Origin: a virus
Taxonomy: Duplodnaviria; Caudoviricetes
Reading direction: 5' to 3' (one strand)
IMG/VR virus record: IMGVR_UViG_3300021964_000101
Coordinates: 1 to 51,271 of that record
Length of the DNA: 51,271 bases
This document shows positions 30,067 through 39,762 of the stretch, piece by piece (the first letter of the stretch is position 1; each line of letters begins with the position of its first letter). The notes under the pieces were generated by a model. It searched no databases. It saw only the letters and a list, made by a program, of their open reading frames with translations, and was not told the origin of the DNA. The translations under genes and the position numbers were made by a program.

Positions 30067-30379
30067 TGATTGGAATTTAATTGACGCGGACTTGTCAAAA
30101 TATTCAAACACAAAATTTAAAGCGGGTGGTCGGCTATATTTTATAAAGCCCGGCAGAAAAAATGTCAGCATTTATGAGTTGTCAGTAAGAAAAAATGTCA
30201 GCCTTAGAATGTCAGCCTTACCCAAATTTTTTATTGATGAAGCCGATAAGCTTCAACAATCTATCTTAAATAAATATCCTAACACATTGAAAAATATATA
30301 TAAAACTTTTATGTTATTTAAACAAAAAACAAATATTGAAAAAAATATATTAGATACCCTAAAAAAATATAAAAAATAA
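30056..30379 (+). CDS. hypothetical protein containing DNA repeats
   Basis: 107-aa ORF with TGTCAG repeats. Confidence 0.5.
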   Translation: MSANDWNLIDADLSKYSNTKFKAGGRLYFIKPGRKNVSIYELSVRKNVSLRMSALPKFFIDEADKLQQSILNKYPNTLKNIYKTFMLFKQKTNIEKNILDTLKKYKK

Positions 30380-30444
30380 TATTTGATTATTTTATTAATA
30401 ATGTTTAACTAGCTTTATTAATTTTTAACAAGGGAGTTTTAAAA

Positions 30445-30846
30445 ATGGAATTAATAAAAGGTAGTATACCTCATCACATACAAAAAATTGCAGGTAATCA
30501 AGGAATATTTTACATGGAGTTTTTGAAAAAAGATAAAAGACTTTATGTTATAAAAAAATATAATGATGGTTCAGAGTCGCAAATATTAAATCCCGATTAT
30601 GGTAAAAATACAATTTTACGAAAAGGCAACTTTAGGCTAGGCGTTACAAAATTTTTAAAAGGTAAAAAAAGAACTACTGACCCTAGCGCATATTTGATAG
30701 CTTATGATATGAATAAAAAAGGTTATAGAAATATTTTATATAATAACATTCAAAAAATTGTAGCTAATAAAAAAACATATGAAGTAAAAGTCATTGATAC
30801 AAAACATTTTAGACTTGGTTTAATTAGTGAAGGTAAAAAAAAATGA
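30445..30846 (+). CDS. putative SH3/WYL-like beta-barrel protein
   Basis: F.KKD...R.......AYD..KKGYR.I pattern; AGGGAG RBS. Confidence 0.5.
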   Translation: MELIKGSIPHHIQKIAGNQGIFYMEFLKKDKRLYVIKKYNDGSESQILNPDYGKNTILRKGNFRLGVTKFLKGKKRTTDPSAYLIAYDMNKKGYRNILYNNIQKIVANKKTYEVKVIDTKHFRLGLISEGKKK

Positions 30847-31556
30847 TTAAAGGTAATGCAAAACTTCGAGAATATACGACTATTTATCAAAAAAATGTAA
30901 AAACTATAAATTCACTTAAAGATTATGAAAGTTATGGCCATAAGTTGCTTAAACAATCTAACAATAAAAAATTAGGAAAAGTTGTTAAAAAGGGCAAGTA
31001 TAAAGGCCGGGCGCTTATTTCATTGAGTTTAGTTGAGCGTGAAATGGGTTGCCCCCGGTCTTGCCACCATTGGAACAGCTGTTATGGGAATAATATGCCT
31101 TTTGCTCATAGATTTAAAACTGATAACGATATATTATTTTGTTCAATATTAAAAAATGAAATACTTAATTTACTTAAAAAGCACAAAGCCGGTATTCATA
31201 TTCGGCTGCATGTATTAGGTGATTTTTTCAGTAATTATTATATAGATTTTTGGCGGTCTATTTTATTTAATAATGAAAAAGTCAGTATTTATGGATATAC
31301 AGCGCATAAGCCAACAAGTGAACTAGGTAAACAAATTAAACATGTAATTGATAAAATGAGTTTTGAGCGGTTCGCTATTCGTTTTAGTAATTCTAACGTT
31401 AATTTATCGGCTAATAGTACAGAATATAAGCCCCGGGTAATAGGTCAATTAAAGGGCCTTATATGTCCCGAACAAGATAACAAAGTTGATAGTTGCTCAA
31501 ATTGTGCGCTTTGTTGGAATGATAAGGCGCAACAAATCCTATTTAAAACGCATTAA
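30843..31556 (+). CDS. GP88-like Cys-rich (possible Fe-S) protein
   Basis: CPxxCxxxxxCY, IRLHVLGDF, YT, CP...CxxCxxCW. Confidence 0.7.
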   Translation: MIKGNAKLREYTTIYQKNVKTINSLKDYESYGHKLLKQSNNKKLGKVVKKGKYKGRALISLSLVEREMGCPRSCHHWNSCYGNNMPFAHRFKTDNDILFCSILKNEILNLLKKHKAGIHIRLHVLGDFFSNYYIDFWRSILFNNEKVSIYGYTAHKPTSELGKQIKHVIDKMSFERFAIRFSNSNVNLSANSTEYKPRVIGQLKGLICPEQDNKVDSCSNCALCWNDKAQQILFKTH

Positions 31557-31561
31557 TTACT

Positions 31562-31756
31562 ATGATACAACTTAAACTTAAATTTAGTAAAAATACCCTT
31601 TTAAAACATGGGTATAGCTTAAATAATAATATTATTTCATTTAACCTAAATAATGGCCATTTATTAAAATTAGAAATAGATAGTATTAATAACATGGAAG
31701 TGAAAAAAATTATTGTAAATAAACAAAGTAATGATAAAAAGGGGGTAGCGCAATAA
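31562..31756 (+). CDS. hypothetical protein
   Basis: 64-aa ORF, weak RBS. Confidence 0.4.
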   Translation: MIQLKLKFSKNTLLKHGYSLNNNIISFNLNNGHLLKLEIDSINNMEVKKIIVNKQSNDKKGVAQ

Positions 31757-31792
31757 TGCGCTATTTTAAACTTTTAAAAAGGGAGTTTTATT

Positions 31793-32794
31793 ATGACTAC
31801 TATAATTCATAATGACATTAATAATTTGGATGCTTTTAAACTTGATATAAAAGAAGTTTGGGAGCCTACAATTGAAACTAAATTTGGGCCGGTAAAATTA
31901 GAAGGCCAAAAAATATTGTTTGAAAAAAATTCTTTAGCGCCTTTAGGTCGCTCAAGGTCAAAACAATATAAACTTATTGACCCTAAAAAACTTTTTTCTG
32001 CTCACGCTAAAAAACTTATTTCTGATAATAAAATCAATATGAATAATATTGAAGTTCATGATAGTATTTTTGAAGGCGGGAAAAAACAGAAAAGAAGTAT
32101 TATTTTTAAGGATTATTCCATAAAAGATAGTAGCGGGTCTACTGTTTTTATGCGCTCCGATACTTATAACAGCGTTGATATGTCCTGGATGTTTCAAAAT
32201 CATACTGGAGCATTCAGAGATAGTTGCGCCAATGGTTGCGTTTTTGGGGGTCAACGACTCTATCACACTAAACAAAAACACACTTTAAATTTAAATATAC
32301 CTAGCATTTTAAAACAAGTTTCAGAGACCCTTGAAATTTGGGCTAATAATAAAGATACCATGAAAAAATATATGGATATTAAAATTGATTACAAACAGGT
32401 TGCTTTTTTATTATGTGAAACAATTTGTAAAAAAATTAATTCACTTTCAAAATATGGTATTCAAGAAAAAGTTTCAGTTAATAAAAAACTACTGGAATAT
32501 TTTTTAAATAAATTTGACGAGCAACAAGGCGCTTTAGGTAATACAGTTTGGAATTTTTACAATTGTCTTACTTATTACTCGAGTCATATTAATGATACAT
32601 TTACTAGAATTGATGACAGGGGAATTGAAAAAGAAATCAAAATGACCCGCGCCGGTTCTAATGTACATACAGCGCAAGTAAAACGTGAGGAAAAAGTAAG
32701 AGATTTATTAAACGATAAACTTTTCATTGCGTTTATTGATGGTAAAGGGCTTAATATTCCTATGGGGTGGAGTATTGAAAAACAGGTAAATTAA
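31793..32794 (+). CDS. DUF932-like protein
   Basis: NS.D.S, GAFR..C.NG, KHT, W..YN.LT.Y.SH motifs. Confidence 0.8.
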   Translation: MTTIIHNDINNLDAFKLDIKEVWEPTIETKFGPVKLEGQKILFEKNSLAPLGRSRSKQYKLIDPKKLFSAHAKKLISDNKINMNNIEVHDSIFEGGKKQKRSIIFKDYSIKDSSGSTVFMRSDTYNSVDMSWMFQNHTGAFRDSCANGCVFGGQRLYHTKQKHTLNLNIPSILKQVSETLEIWANNKDTMKKYMDIKIDYKQVAFLLCETICKKINSLSKYGIQEKVSVNKKLLEYFLNKFDEQQGALGNTVWNFYNCLTYYSSHINDTFTRIDDRGIEKEIKMTRAGSNVHTAQVKREEKVRDLLNDKLFIAFIDGKGLNIPMGWSIEKQVN

Positions 32795-32938
32795 GGGGGT
32801 ACACATAGAGGAATTTATTCTTATGATTTCAAAATTTATTACTATTTTTATTATAGTAAGTATTTTTTTACTATTATTTTAATCAATGGCCGGGGCTCCC
32901 ATTTAAGGGGGCCTTGTAAATTATGGGAGTTAACAAAA

Positions 32939-33160
32939 ATGAAAAAAGAAAATGAAATTATAAAATCGGCTAACTTAACAACTAATATAATACAAGGTTT
33001 ATTATTACTCATGGAAAAGAAAAACCTTATTACAACAAAAGAAATGGTTGATTTATTGGCGGGTAGCGTGGAGTTAACCGCGCAACAACAAAACCAAGAA
33101 AAGGAGCAAGAAAAAGCGGAACTATTAAAAGAATTTGAAGGGGTTAATAAATGGAATTAG
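32939..33160 (+). CDS. hypothetical protein
   Basis: GGGAG RBS, 73 aa. Confidence 0.6.
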   Translation: MKKENEIIKSANLTTNIIQGLLLLMEKKNLITTKEMVDLLAGSVELTAQQQNQEKEQEKAELLKEFEGVNKWN

Positions 33161-33290
33161 TTTTAACAATTTTTATTTTATATTTGGTTTTGTAATTATG
33201 GTATTTGATATAATCACATATATGCTTTTGATTTGTATTGGTGTTTTTATTATAGCTTTTTTTTACAAGTAAGATTTATTTATATAGTAC

Positions 33291-33401
33291 CCGGGGCCCC
33301 TTTTGGGGCCTTTTTTATTATAGCTGTTAAGTTACGATAATTATTTTATTTACATTAATTAAAAATTATATTAATTACCCTAATAAGAAAAGGGGGTGTT
33401 T
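33291..33401 (+). repeat. 111-bp terminator-promoter-RBS unit, copy 1
   Basis: 106/111 identical to 33815-33925. Confidence 0.95.
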
Positions 33402-33403
33402 AC

Positions 33404-33793
33404 ATGAATGAAAAAGAAATATTAAAAGTTTTAAAATCATATCAAGCTGTTTTTTTCTTTATTAATTATGAAACTAAAGACCGCATAATATGGGGTTTAA
33501 AATCATATGATGATATGAATAATTTTAGACCTATTCGTTATGAAATAGCCAATAAACGAAGGGAGCTAGAAAAACCTATTTATAATATCATGCACAGATT
33601 TATTAGAAAAAATGGTGTTAAATTTAGAACTTTTGAAGATATGCCAAGTTATGATTTTAAGACAGGATGGTATTATAACAAAGACCAAGAGATAGATTTT
33701 GAACCATTAGACCTAGTAACTAAGCCCGATTTGGGCCATACAGGATTAAGTTATAGAAATCCTAAAACCAATGAATTTGAGTTTGTAGGATAA
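33404..33793 (+). CDS. hypothetical protein (cassette 1)
   Basis: Starts directly after repeat copy 1. Confidence 0.7.
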   Translation: MNEKEILKVLKSYQAVFFFINYETKDRIIWGLKSYDDMNNFRPIRYEIANKRRELEKPIYNIMHRFIRKNGVKFRTFEDMPSYDFKTGWYYNKDQEIDFEPLDLVTKPDLGHTGLSYRNPKTNEFEFVG

Positions 33794-33814
33794 TAATTAT
33801 TATTTATTTGAAAA

Positions 33815-33925
33815 CCGGGGCCCCTTTTGGGGCCTTTTTTATTACAGCTGTTAAGTTATGATAATTATTTTATTTACATTAATTAAAAATTATATTAACT
33901 ACCATAATTAGAAAAGGGGGTGTTT
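33815..33925 (+). repeat. 111-bp terminator-promoter-RBS unit, copy 2
   Basis: GGCCCC-TTTT-GGGGCC-T6 hairpin, TTTACA-N17-TAACTA, AGGGGG. Confidence 0.95.
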
Positions 33926-33930
33926 TATTT

Positions 33931-34146
33931 ATGGATAAAAAAGTATTAAAATACGATATTGCTAATTTAACTAATGATATAAATTACCCGGGTTATATTA
34001 AAAATGCGGGATATTTGGAAGGCTTGGCGCATATGTTTGATTATATCAATAACAGTAATACTGTTAATAATGAAATTCTTGTCCATATTACCGATGAGAT
34101 GACAAGAAAAGGCGCTATTAATTTAAGATATAATGATGATGTTTAG
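33931..34146 (+). CDS. hypothetical protein (cassette 2)
   Basis: Starts directly after repeat copy 2. Confidence 0.7.
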   Translation: MDKKVLKYDIANLTNDINYPGYIKNAGYLEGLAHMFDYINNSNTVNNEILVHITDEMTRKGAINLRYNDDV

Positions 34147-34174
34147 TTAATATTTATTTATTTAAAATGGTATA

Positions 34175-34200
34175 GGGCCCCTTTTGGGGCCTTTTTTATT
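34175..34200 (+). terminator. intrinsic terminator, third copy of the repeat hairpin
   Basis: GGGCCCCTTTTGGGGCCTTTTTTATT. Confidence 0.85.
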
Positions 34201-34760
34201 TATTTGGTTTGCTATTATGTGGGGGAATTTAACCGGGTTTAATGGGGGGTTTTATAGCCGGTTTTATTACTGGTATACTGTGGGTTTAAATGGGTGTTTA
34301 ACCCCTTGTTTGGGGGGTTTTAGGGGGTTTTATTGTACGCCCCCGCGCTTAATCTAGCCGGCCCCCTAAACTGTAAACTAGGATATATTATTGTATGTAC
34401 CCTAAATAATAACCCCGGGGCCTTACCCCTAGTAATAAGAATTAGGGAATATAACCTAAATTATATTATAGGCTATATTTTAGGGTATTTACCCGGGGGA
34501 ATATGTCATTAATAAGAGGGTACTACATATAGATAAATATATATAAATATACTAGATATAGTATACTAGGGCCATGGGGGGGTGGTACATATGCTTGTAT
34601 GCCAGTAAGAAAATAAATTAGGAAAATGGGGGTGTAAACTAGATTGGTCGGCTATGCCCCGGTAAACCCCCCTATAACCCCCCTAGTAATAATTGGTCGG
34701 CTAACCCCTAATATACCCCCTAGGGTATAGGTGTAAAGCCCCCGGGTAGGGGTAACTTAT
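34201..34760. other. non-coding G/C-tract region, candidate origin or packaging/terminus site
   Basis: No ORF in track; many G5-7/C4-6 runs, TAGGG/CCCTA and CCCGGG words; directly upstream of terS. Confidence 0.45.
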
Positions 34761-34762
34761 AT

Positions 34763-34849
34763 ATTATACACCCAAATTCAAATCTGTCAAGAAAAAAATT
34801 ATTTTTTTATAAAAAAAGGTTGACAACTAGTAAATACGGGATATAATAT
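34763..34849. promoter_or_regulatory. divergent consensus sigma70 promoters
   Basis: Minus: TTGACA (34790-34785)-N16-TATAAT (34768-34763); plus: TTGACA (34820-34825)-N18-TATAAT (34844-34849). Confidence 0.75.
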
Positions 34850-34942
34850 AATATATTGTAATTAAATAATTGCACACAATTCCACAAACTTATTATTTAA
34901 TAAAAGCGAATTAGTGGTGCATACAAAACCCGCGGGTTTATC

Positions 34943-35362
34943 ATGATATCAAATTTACTAGCACAACCAAAAAAACAAAAGAAAGAGCTTACTGAAAAGC
35001 AATCTATCTTCATTGATGAATTAATGCGTAATGGCGGTAGCATATCCCAAGCTATAAAAGTAGCGGGATATAGCGAAGGCTCACGCAAATGGCTAGTAGA
35101 ATCAGTACGGGATGAGATAATAGACCGTACCAAGCAAGAACTAGCCCTTAATGGCCCAAAAGCCGCTAGTAGGTTAGTTTCTACCCTAGATGAAGATGGA
35201 ACAACCCCTAAAGGGGATTTAAGGCTCAAAGCCGCAGAAAGTTTATTAAACAGAATTGGTATTGGCTCTAATGAAGCCATAGACCATAACGTACAAGTTA
35301 TGCATGGTGTTGTATTACTACCAAGCAAAAAAGAAGAGATAATAGAACATAGTGATGAATAA
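34943..35362 (+). CDS. terS: terminase small subunit
   Basis: LTEKQ..F...L....G....A...AGYS N-terminus; position before terL. Confidence 0.75.
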   Translation: MISNLLAQPKKQKKELTEKQSIFIDELMRNGGSISQAIKVAGYSEGSRKWLVESVRDEIIDRTKQELALNGPKAASRLVSTLDEDGTTPKGDLRLKAAESLLNRIGIGSNEAIDHNVQVMHGVVLLPSKKEEIIEHSDE

Positions 35363-35585
35363 TGAACATGATACCAGAAAAACATCTACTATACCCTTCG
35401 GATACGAGCTTAGCAATGACGGGAAGACGCTTCTACCCATCGAGCAAGAGCTTGAGGCATATCAAAAAGCTAAACAGTATCTTCAAACTTGCTCTTATAG
35501 GGAAGTTGCTAGTTGGTTATCCGCAACAACAAAACGGCCTATTAGTGCCCAAGGTTTACGAAAGAAGGTTTTAAATGAGCAATAA
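35352..35585 (+). CDS. small DNA-binding protein (recombinase-domain-like)
   Basis: IPFGY...S.REVA.WL pattern. Confidence 0.55.
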   Translation: MMNNEHDTRKTSTIPFGYELSNDGKTLLPIEQELEAYQKAKQYLQTCSYREVASWLSATTKRPISAQGLRKKVLNEQ

Positions 35586-35739
35586 CAATAAATTAGCAAA
35601 CCCAAGCAAAGCTGACCTAAATAAAGATGGTAAGTTATCTGGATATGAGAAAAAACGTGGCAAAGCCATAGAAAATGCAATGAAATTGCAAAAGAAATAT
35701 GGGGGAAAGGTAAGAAAGCCAAATAACTACGGGTTATAA
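35575..35739 (+). CDS. 54-aa basic protein with EF-hand-like loop (not in ORF track)
   Basis: DLNKDGKLSGYE; fills gap before terL. Confidence 0.7.
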   Translation: MSNNNKLANPSKADLNKDGKLSGYEKKRGKAIENAMKLQKKYGGKVRKPNNYGL

Positions 35740-35740
35740 G

Positions 35741-37390
35741 GTGAATGACATACCTCTACCAAAGCCGAAAAGGCAATATAATTACAGTTCTGCCCAAAAA
35801 GCAAAGATAGCGGCTCAAAAAAAGATTAGAGAAGCTAAGAAAACAGCAGAAAGAAAGAAAAAACAGCTAAAAACCTACCGAGATAAGGCTAGAAATGCTG
35901 AAAATAACCTAAAAAAGATAGAAGGTACACTTACAGGTAAGAAACCTGCTGTTTTAACAGAAGAAGACATACAAAAAGCACCAAAAGCTGTTCGTGAAGA
36001 GATAGATAATAGCAATATTATCTTTAAACCAAACGAAGGGCCACAAACAGATTTCCTAGCCGCACCAGAACGTGATGTTTTATATGGTGGAGCGGCAGGC
36101 GGAGGTAAATCATACGCCCTACTAGTTGATTTACTACGTTATGCGGATATATCAGACCATCGTGCATTACTCCTCAGACGTACTTTGAATGAATTAACAG
36201 AGTTAATTGATAAAAGTAAACAAATATATCCAAAAGCATTTCCGGGGGCAGTATTTAAAGAAGCAAAATCAATGTGGGTGTTTCCTAGTGGAGCAACTGC
36301 ATGGTTTTCTTATTTGGATAAAGATACAGACGTTACACGATATCAAGGACAATCCTTTACATGGATTGGTGTTGACGAAATAACACACTACCCAAGCCCA
36401 TATGTATGGGAATATTTACGTTCACGTCTGAGAACAACCAACCCGAGCATAAAAGCGTACATGCGATGTACAGCTAACCCCGGTGGTGTTGGAGGATGGT
36501 GGGTTAAAAAAATGTATATTGACCCTGCTCCTCCAGATATTGCTTTTGCGGCACAGGACATGGAAACGAAAGAGGTTTATCGTTGGCCAACAGAACATGA
36601 AAAATCTGGTCAACCATTATTCTTCCGTAAATTTATACCGGCTCGTTTAACAGATAACCCCTACCTGATGAATGATGGCCAGTATGAGGCAATGTTACGT
36701 TCATTACCAGAAATAGAGCGTAAAAGATTACTAGAAGGTGATTGGGATGTTGCAGAAGGAGCGGCATTTCCAGAATTTGAAAGGTCACTGCATGTTGTTA
36801 AACCTTTTGAGTTATCACCATCATGGCAACGCATACGAGCGGCTGACTATGGATTTACTTCACCCTCTTGTGTATTGTGGGGCGCTGTTGATTGGGATGG
36901 TAATCTAATAATATACAGAGAGTTATACGGAAAACAATATACTGGTGAAGCTTTAGCCCGTCTAATTATACAATTTGAACGTGATGATAAACCACCATCA
37001 ACATTTGTATTAGATGCAAGCTGTTGGAATAGAACAGGACACGGCCTTAGTATAGCTGAAACAATGATACGCAACGGTGTAAGATGGACACCTTCCGATA
37101 GAAACCGGCTTGCCGGTAAAATGGAAATACATCGCCGATTATCACTTGATAATGGCAAACCATCTATTTACATATTTGAAACGTGTACTAATTTAATTAG
37201 AACGCTTGGTAATATACCAACATCTAAAACAAATCCAGAAGATGTAGATACAAAAGCTGAAGACCATGCTTATGATGCATTGCGTTATATGGTAATGACA
37301 AGGCAATCAAGTAGACCTACAGTTCCGGATATACTACAACAAATAAAGCGAGAAGCTTACCGACCGGAAGATAATGTTTTCGGTTATTAA
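35741..37390 (+). CDS. terL: terminase large subunit
   Basis: Walker A GGAAGGGKS, Walker B IGVDE, TANPGG, DYG, DHAYDALRY. Confidence 0.95.
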   Translation: MNDIPLPKPKRQYNYSSAQKAKIAAQKKIREAKKTAERKKKQLKTYRDKARNAENNLKKIEGTLTGKKPAVLTEEDIQKAPKAVREEIDNSNIIFKPNEGPQTDFLAAPERDVLYGGAAGGGKSYALLVDLLRYADISDHRALLLRRTLNELTELIDKSKQIYPKAFPGAVFKEAKSMWVFPSGATAWFSYLDKDTDVTRYQGQSFTWIGVDEITHYPSPYVWEYLRSRLRTTNPSIKAYMRCTANPGGVGGWWVKKMYIDPAPPDIAFAAQDMETKEVYRWPTEHEKSGQPLFFRKFIPARLTDNPYLMNDGQYEAMLRSLPEIERKRLLEGDWDVAEGAAFPEFERSLHVVKPFELSPSWQRIRAADYGFTSPSCVLWGAVDWDGNLIIYRELYGKQYTGEALARLIIQFERDDKPPSTFVLDASCWNRTGHGLSIAETMIRNGVRWTPSDRNRLAGKMEIHRRLSLDNGKPSIYIFETCTNLIRTLGNIPTSKTNPEDVDTKAEDHAYDALRYMVMTRQSSRPTVPDILQQIKREAYRPEDNVFGY

Positions 37391-37414
37391 TTTAAATTTT
37401 AAGAGGAGTAAAAA

Positions 37415-37642
37415 ATGAAAACTGCAAAAAATCCAGTTGATGCAAGTATAGTTAACTCTATGCCAAGCCAAGGATATCTTAGCCCTGCAAGTGAAGCGGC
37501 GGGTGCAAAAGAGAAACCTCAATTTTCTACAGAAATTAATGAGCCAAATAAATCATTAATTTTAGAAGCAGGAAAAAAGGGAAAAGGCAAAGCACAAGTT
37601 GATTCTGCTATACTAAATTCAAGCGAAGATAAAGATTATTAA
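37415..37642 (+). CDS. hypothetical protein
   Basis: GAGGAG RBS. Confidence 0.65.
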   Translation: MKTAKNPVDASIVNSMPSQGYLSPASEAAGAKEKPQFSTEINEPNKSLILEAGKKGKGKAQVDSAILNSSEDKDY

Positions 37643-37656
37643 AATAAGGAATAACA

Positions 37657-39762
37657 ATGGCAGATGACGCAAAAGATACAGCGTCTACATTAGTACCGGA
37701 AGATGCACCGGGCATTGTTGGTTACATTACTGAAAAATATAATGAAGCTAAAAATGCTAGGTATACTCATGAACAACGATGGTTAAAAGCATTTAAAAAC
37801 TATCGTGGTATTTATGATTCATCAACACAATTTCGTAGTACAGAAAAAAGTAAAGTTTTTGTTAAAATAACAAAGACAAAAGTTTTGGCCGCATATGGTC
37901 AAATCGTAGATGTTTTATTTGCAAATAAAAAATTTCCAATAACTATTACATCGACACCTTTACCAGAAGGAATAGATGAAACAGCACACTTAGGTGTACC
38001 GGGTGAAGAACAATTAAAATCACCTTATGGTTTTCCGGGTGATGATATGGAATTACAACCGGGAGCAACAGAAGCAACACCAAGACAAGGTGGTGCTAAT
38101 CTCGGTGGTTTAGCAGATAAATATGCAGGTGCAAACTTACAATCGGGTAAAGCACGTATTCCAAATCAACCAGAAATACATCCTGCACAAGAGACAGCAA
38201 GACGTATGGAGAAATTAATCCATGACCAATTGCTTGATACAAATGCAACTAATGTATTGCGTCATGCTATATTTGAATCTGTTTTATTAGGAACAGGCAT
38301 TGTTAAAGGCCCCTTTAATTATGCAAAAACAGTTCATCGTTGGGATAATATAGATGGACAAAAAATGTATGTACCATACATAAAAGAAGTTCCACGTATT
38401 GAAGCTGTATCATGTTGGGATTTTTTTCCAGACCCAGATGCAACATCAGTAAACGATTCAAATTATGTAATTCAACGACATAAATTTACACGTAATCAAC
38501 TGCGTGATTTAATTAATCATGCGTATTTTGACGGTGATGCTATTGCTGATTGTTTAGCAATGGGAGCAAACTACACAACAGAATACTATGAAGATATTAT
38601 CCAATCATATGATAATCAAAGTGGTAGTTATGAAATGGATAGATATGAAGTTTATGAATATTGGGGAACTTTAGATAAAAATTTAGCAAGTGAAATCGGT
38701 ATGGATGAACCACCTAATGCATCCGAGTTAGACCAATTTCAAATAAATGCATGGATATGTAATGGAAAAGTTTTACGAGCAGTTTTAAATCCATTTACAC
38801 CAGAAAGAATACCATATCAATCAATTCCATATGAAATAAATCCATATCAACTATTTGGTGTTGGTGTTCCAGAAAATATGGAAGATGCACAATTACTAAT
38901 GAACGGTCACGTTCGTATGGCAATAGATAACTTAGCGTTAGCAGGTAATCTAGTTTTCGATGTTGATGAAGCATCCTTAGTACCGGGACAAAGTATGGAT
39001 ATATTTCCGGGTAAAATATTTAGACGACAATCAGGTGTTACAGGAACAGCTATTAATGGTTTAAAGTTTCCAAACACAGCCGGTGAAAATTTACAAATGT
39101 ATATGCAAGCAAGACAACTTGCAGATGAAGAAACAGGAATACCGTCTGTTATGCATGGGCAAACAGGTGTAGCAGGAACGGGTAGAACAGCATCGGGGTT
39201 ATCAATGCTCCTTAGTGGTGCTAGTTTATCAATAAAAACAGTAATGAAAAATATTGATGACTTTTTATTAAAACCACTTGGTGAAGCAATGTTCCAATGG
39301 AATATGCAATTTGATGAAGACAATCCAGATATTGTTGGTGATTTGGAAATTAAACCACATGGTGTTGCAAGTGTAATGCAAAAAGAAGTTAGGTCACAAC
39401 GCTTAACAACTTTATTACAAACAGTATCTAATCCTATGTTAGCACCATTTATTAAAATTCCAAATTTAATGAGGGAGTTAGCAATTGCACAAGACATTGA
39501 CCCAGACAGTTTGGTTAATGATATTAATGACGCACAAATTTTTGCAGAAATGTTAAGAGGTTTAAATGTTCAACAACAAGCAAGCGAGCAAGCTCAAGGC
39601 CCTAGTCAGCAACAAGATGGCATGGGAGGCACTGGAGGAATACCTGCAGGCGCTAACCCACAAGACGCATCGGGCGTTGGTGGTGGCACAATCGGAACAG
39701 GAAATGTTCCGCAATCAGGGGAGAGCAATTTTACTGGAAACGCTCCTTCAACTGAAGAGTAA
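37657..39762 (+). CDS. portal protein
   Basis: 701 aa after terL; GTGIVK, FFPDP, TASGLSML motifs; Q/G-rich tail. Confidence 0.85.
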   Translation: MADDAKDTASTLVPEDAPGIVGYITEKYNEAKNARYTHEQRWLKAFKNYRGIYDSSTQFRSTEKSKVFVKITKTKVLAAYGQIVDVLFANKKFPITITSTPLPEGIDETAHLGVPGEEQLKSPYGFPGDDMELQPGATEATPRQGGANLGGLADKYAGANLQSGKARIPNQPEIHPAQETARRMEKLIHDQLLDTNATNVLRHAIFESVLLGTGIVKGPFNYAKTVHRWDNIDGQKMYVPYIKEVPRIEAVSCWDFFPDPDATSVNDSNYVIQRHKFTRNQLRDLINHAYFDGDAIADCLAMGANYTTEYYEDIIQSYDNQSGSYEMDRYEVYEYWGTLDKNLASEIGMDEPPNASELDQFQINAWICNGKVLRAVLNPFTPERIPYQSIPYEINPYQLFGVGVPENMEDAQLLMNGHVRMAIDNLALAGNLVFDVDEASLVPGQSMDIFPGKIFRRQSGVTGTAINGLKFPNTAGENLQMYMQARQLADEETGIPSVMHGQTGVAGTGRTASGLSMLLSGASLSIKTVMKNIDDFLLKPLGEAMFQWNMQFDEDNPDIVGDLEIKPHGVASVMQKEVRSQRLTTLLQTVSNPMLAPFIKIPNLMRELAIAQDIDPDSLVNDINDAQIFAEMLRGLNVQQQASEQAQGPSQQQDGMGGTGGIPAGANPQDASGVGGGTIGTGNVPQSGESNFTGNAPSTEE

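Noticed and set aside
33355-33374. CtrA box in the cassette repeats
   Set aside because: TTAA half-sites do not fit the N7 spacing and are expected in AT-rich DNA
33291-34200. CRISPR or integron interpretation of the repeats
   Set aside because: Repeats are 111 bp with gene-sized spacers; no cas genes, integrase or attC structure
35352-35585. Serine integrase/lysogeny
   Set aside because: Only a 77-aa DNA-binding-like fragment; no catalytic domain or repressor module seen
38907-39497. Long antisense ORFs in the track (also 2112, 5981, 16104, 34897, 45042, 48407, 50140)
   Set aside because: Shadows of + strand genes, lacking RBS and motifs
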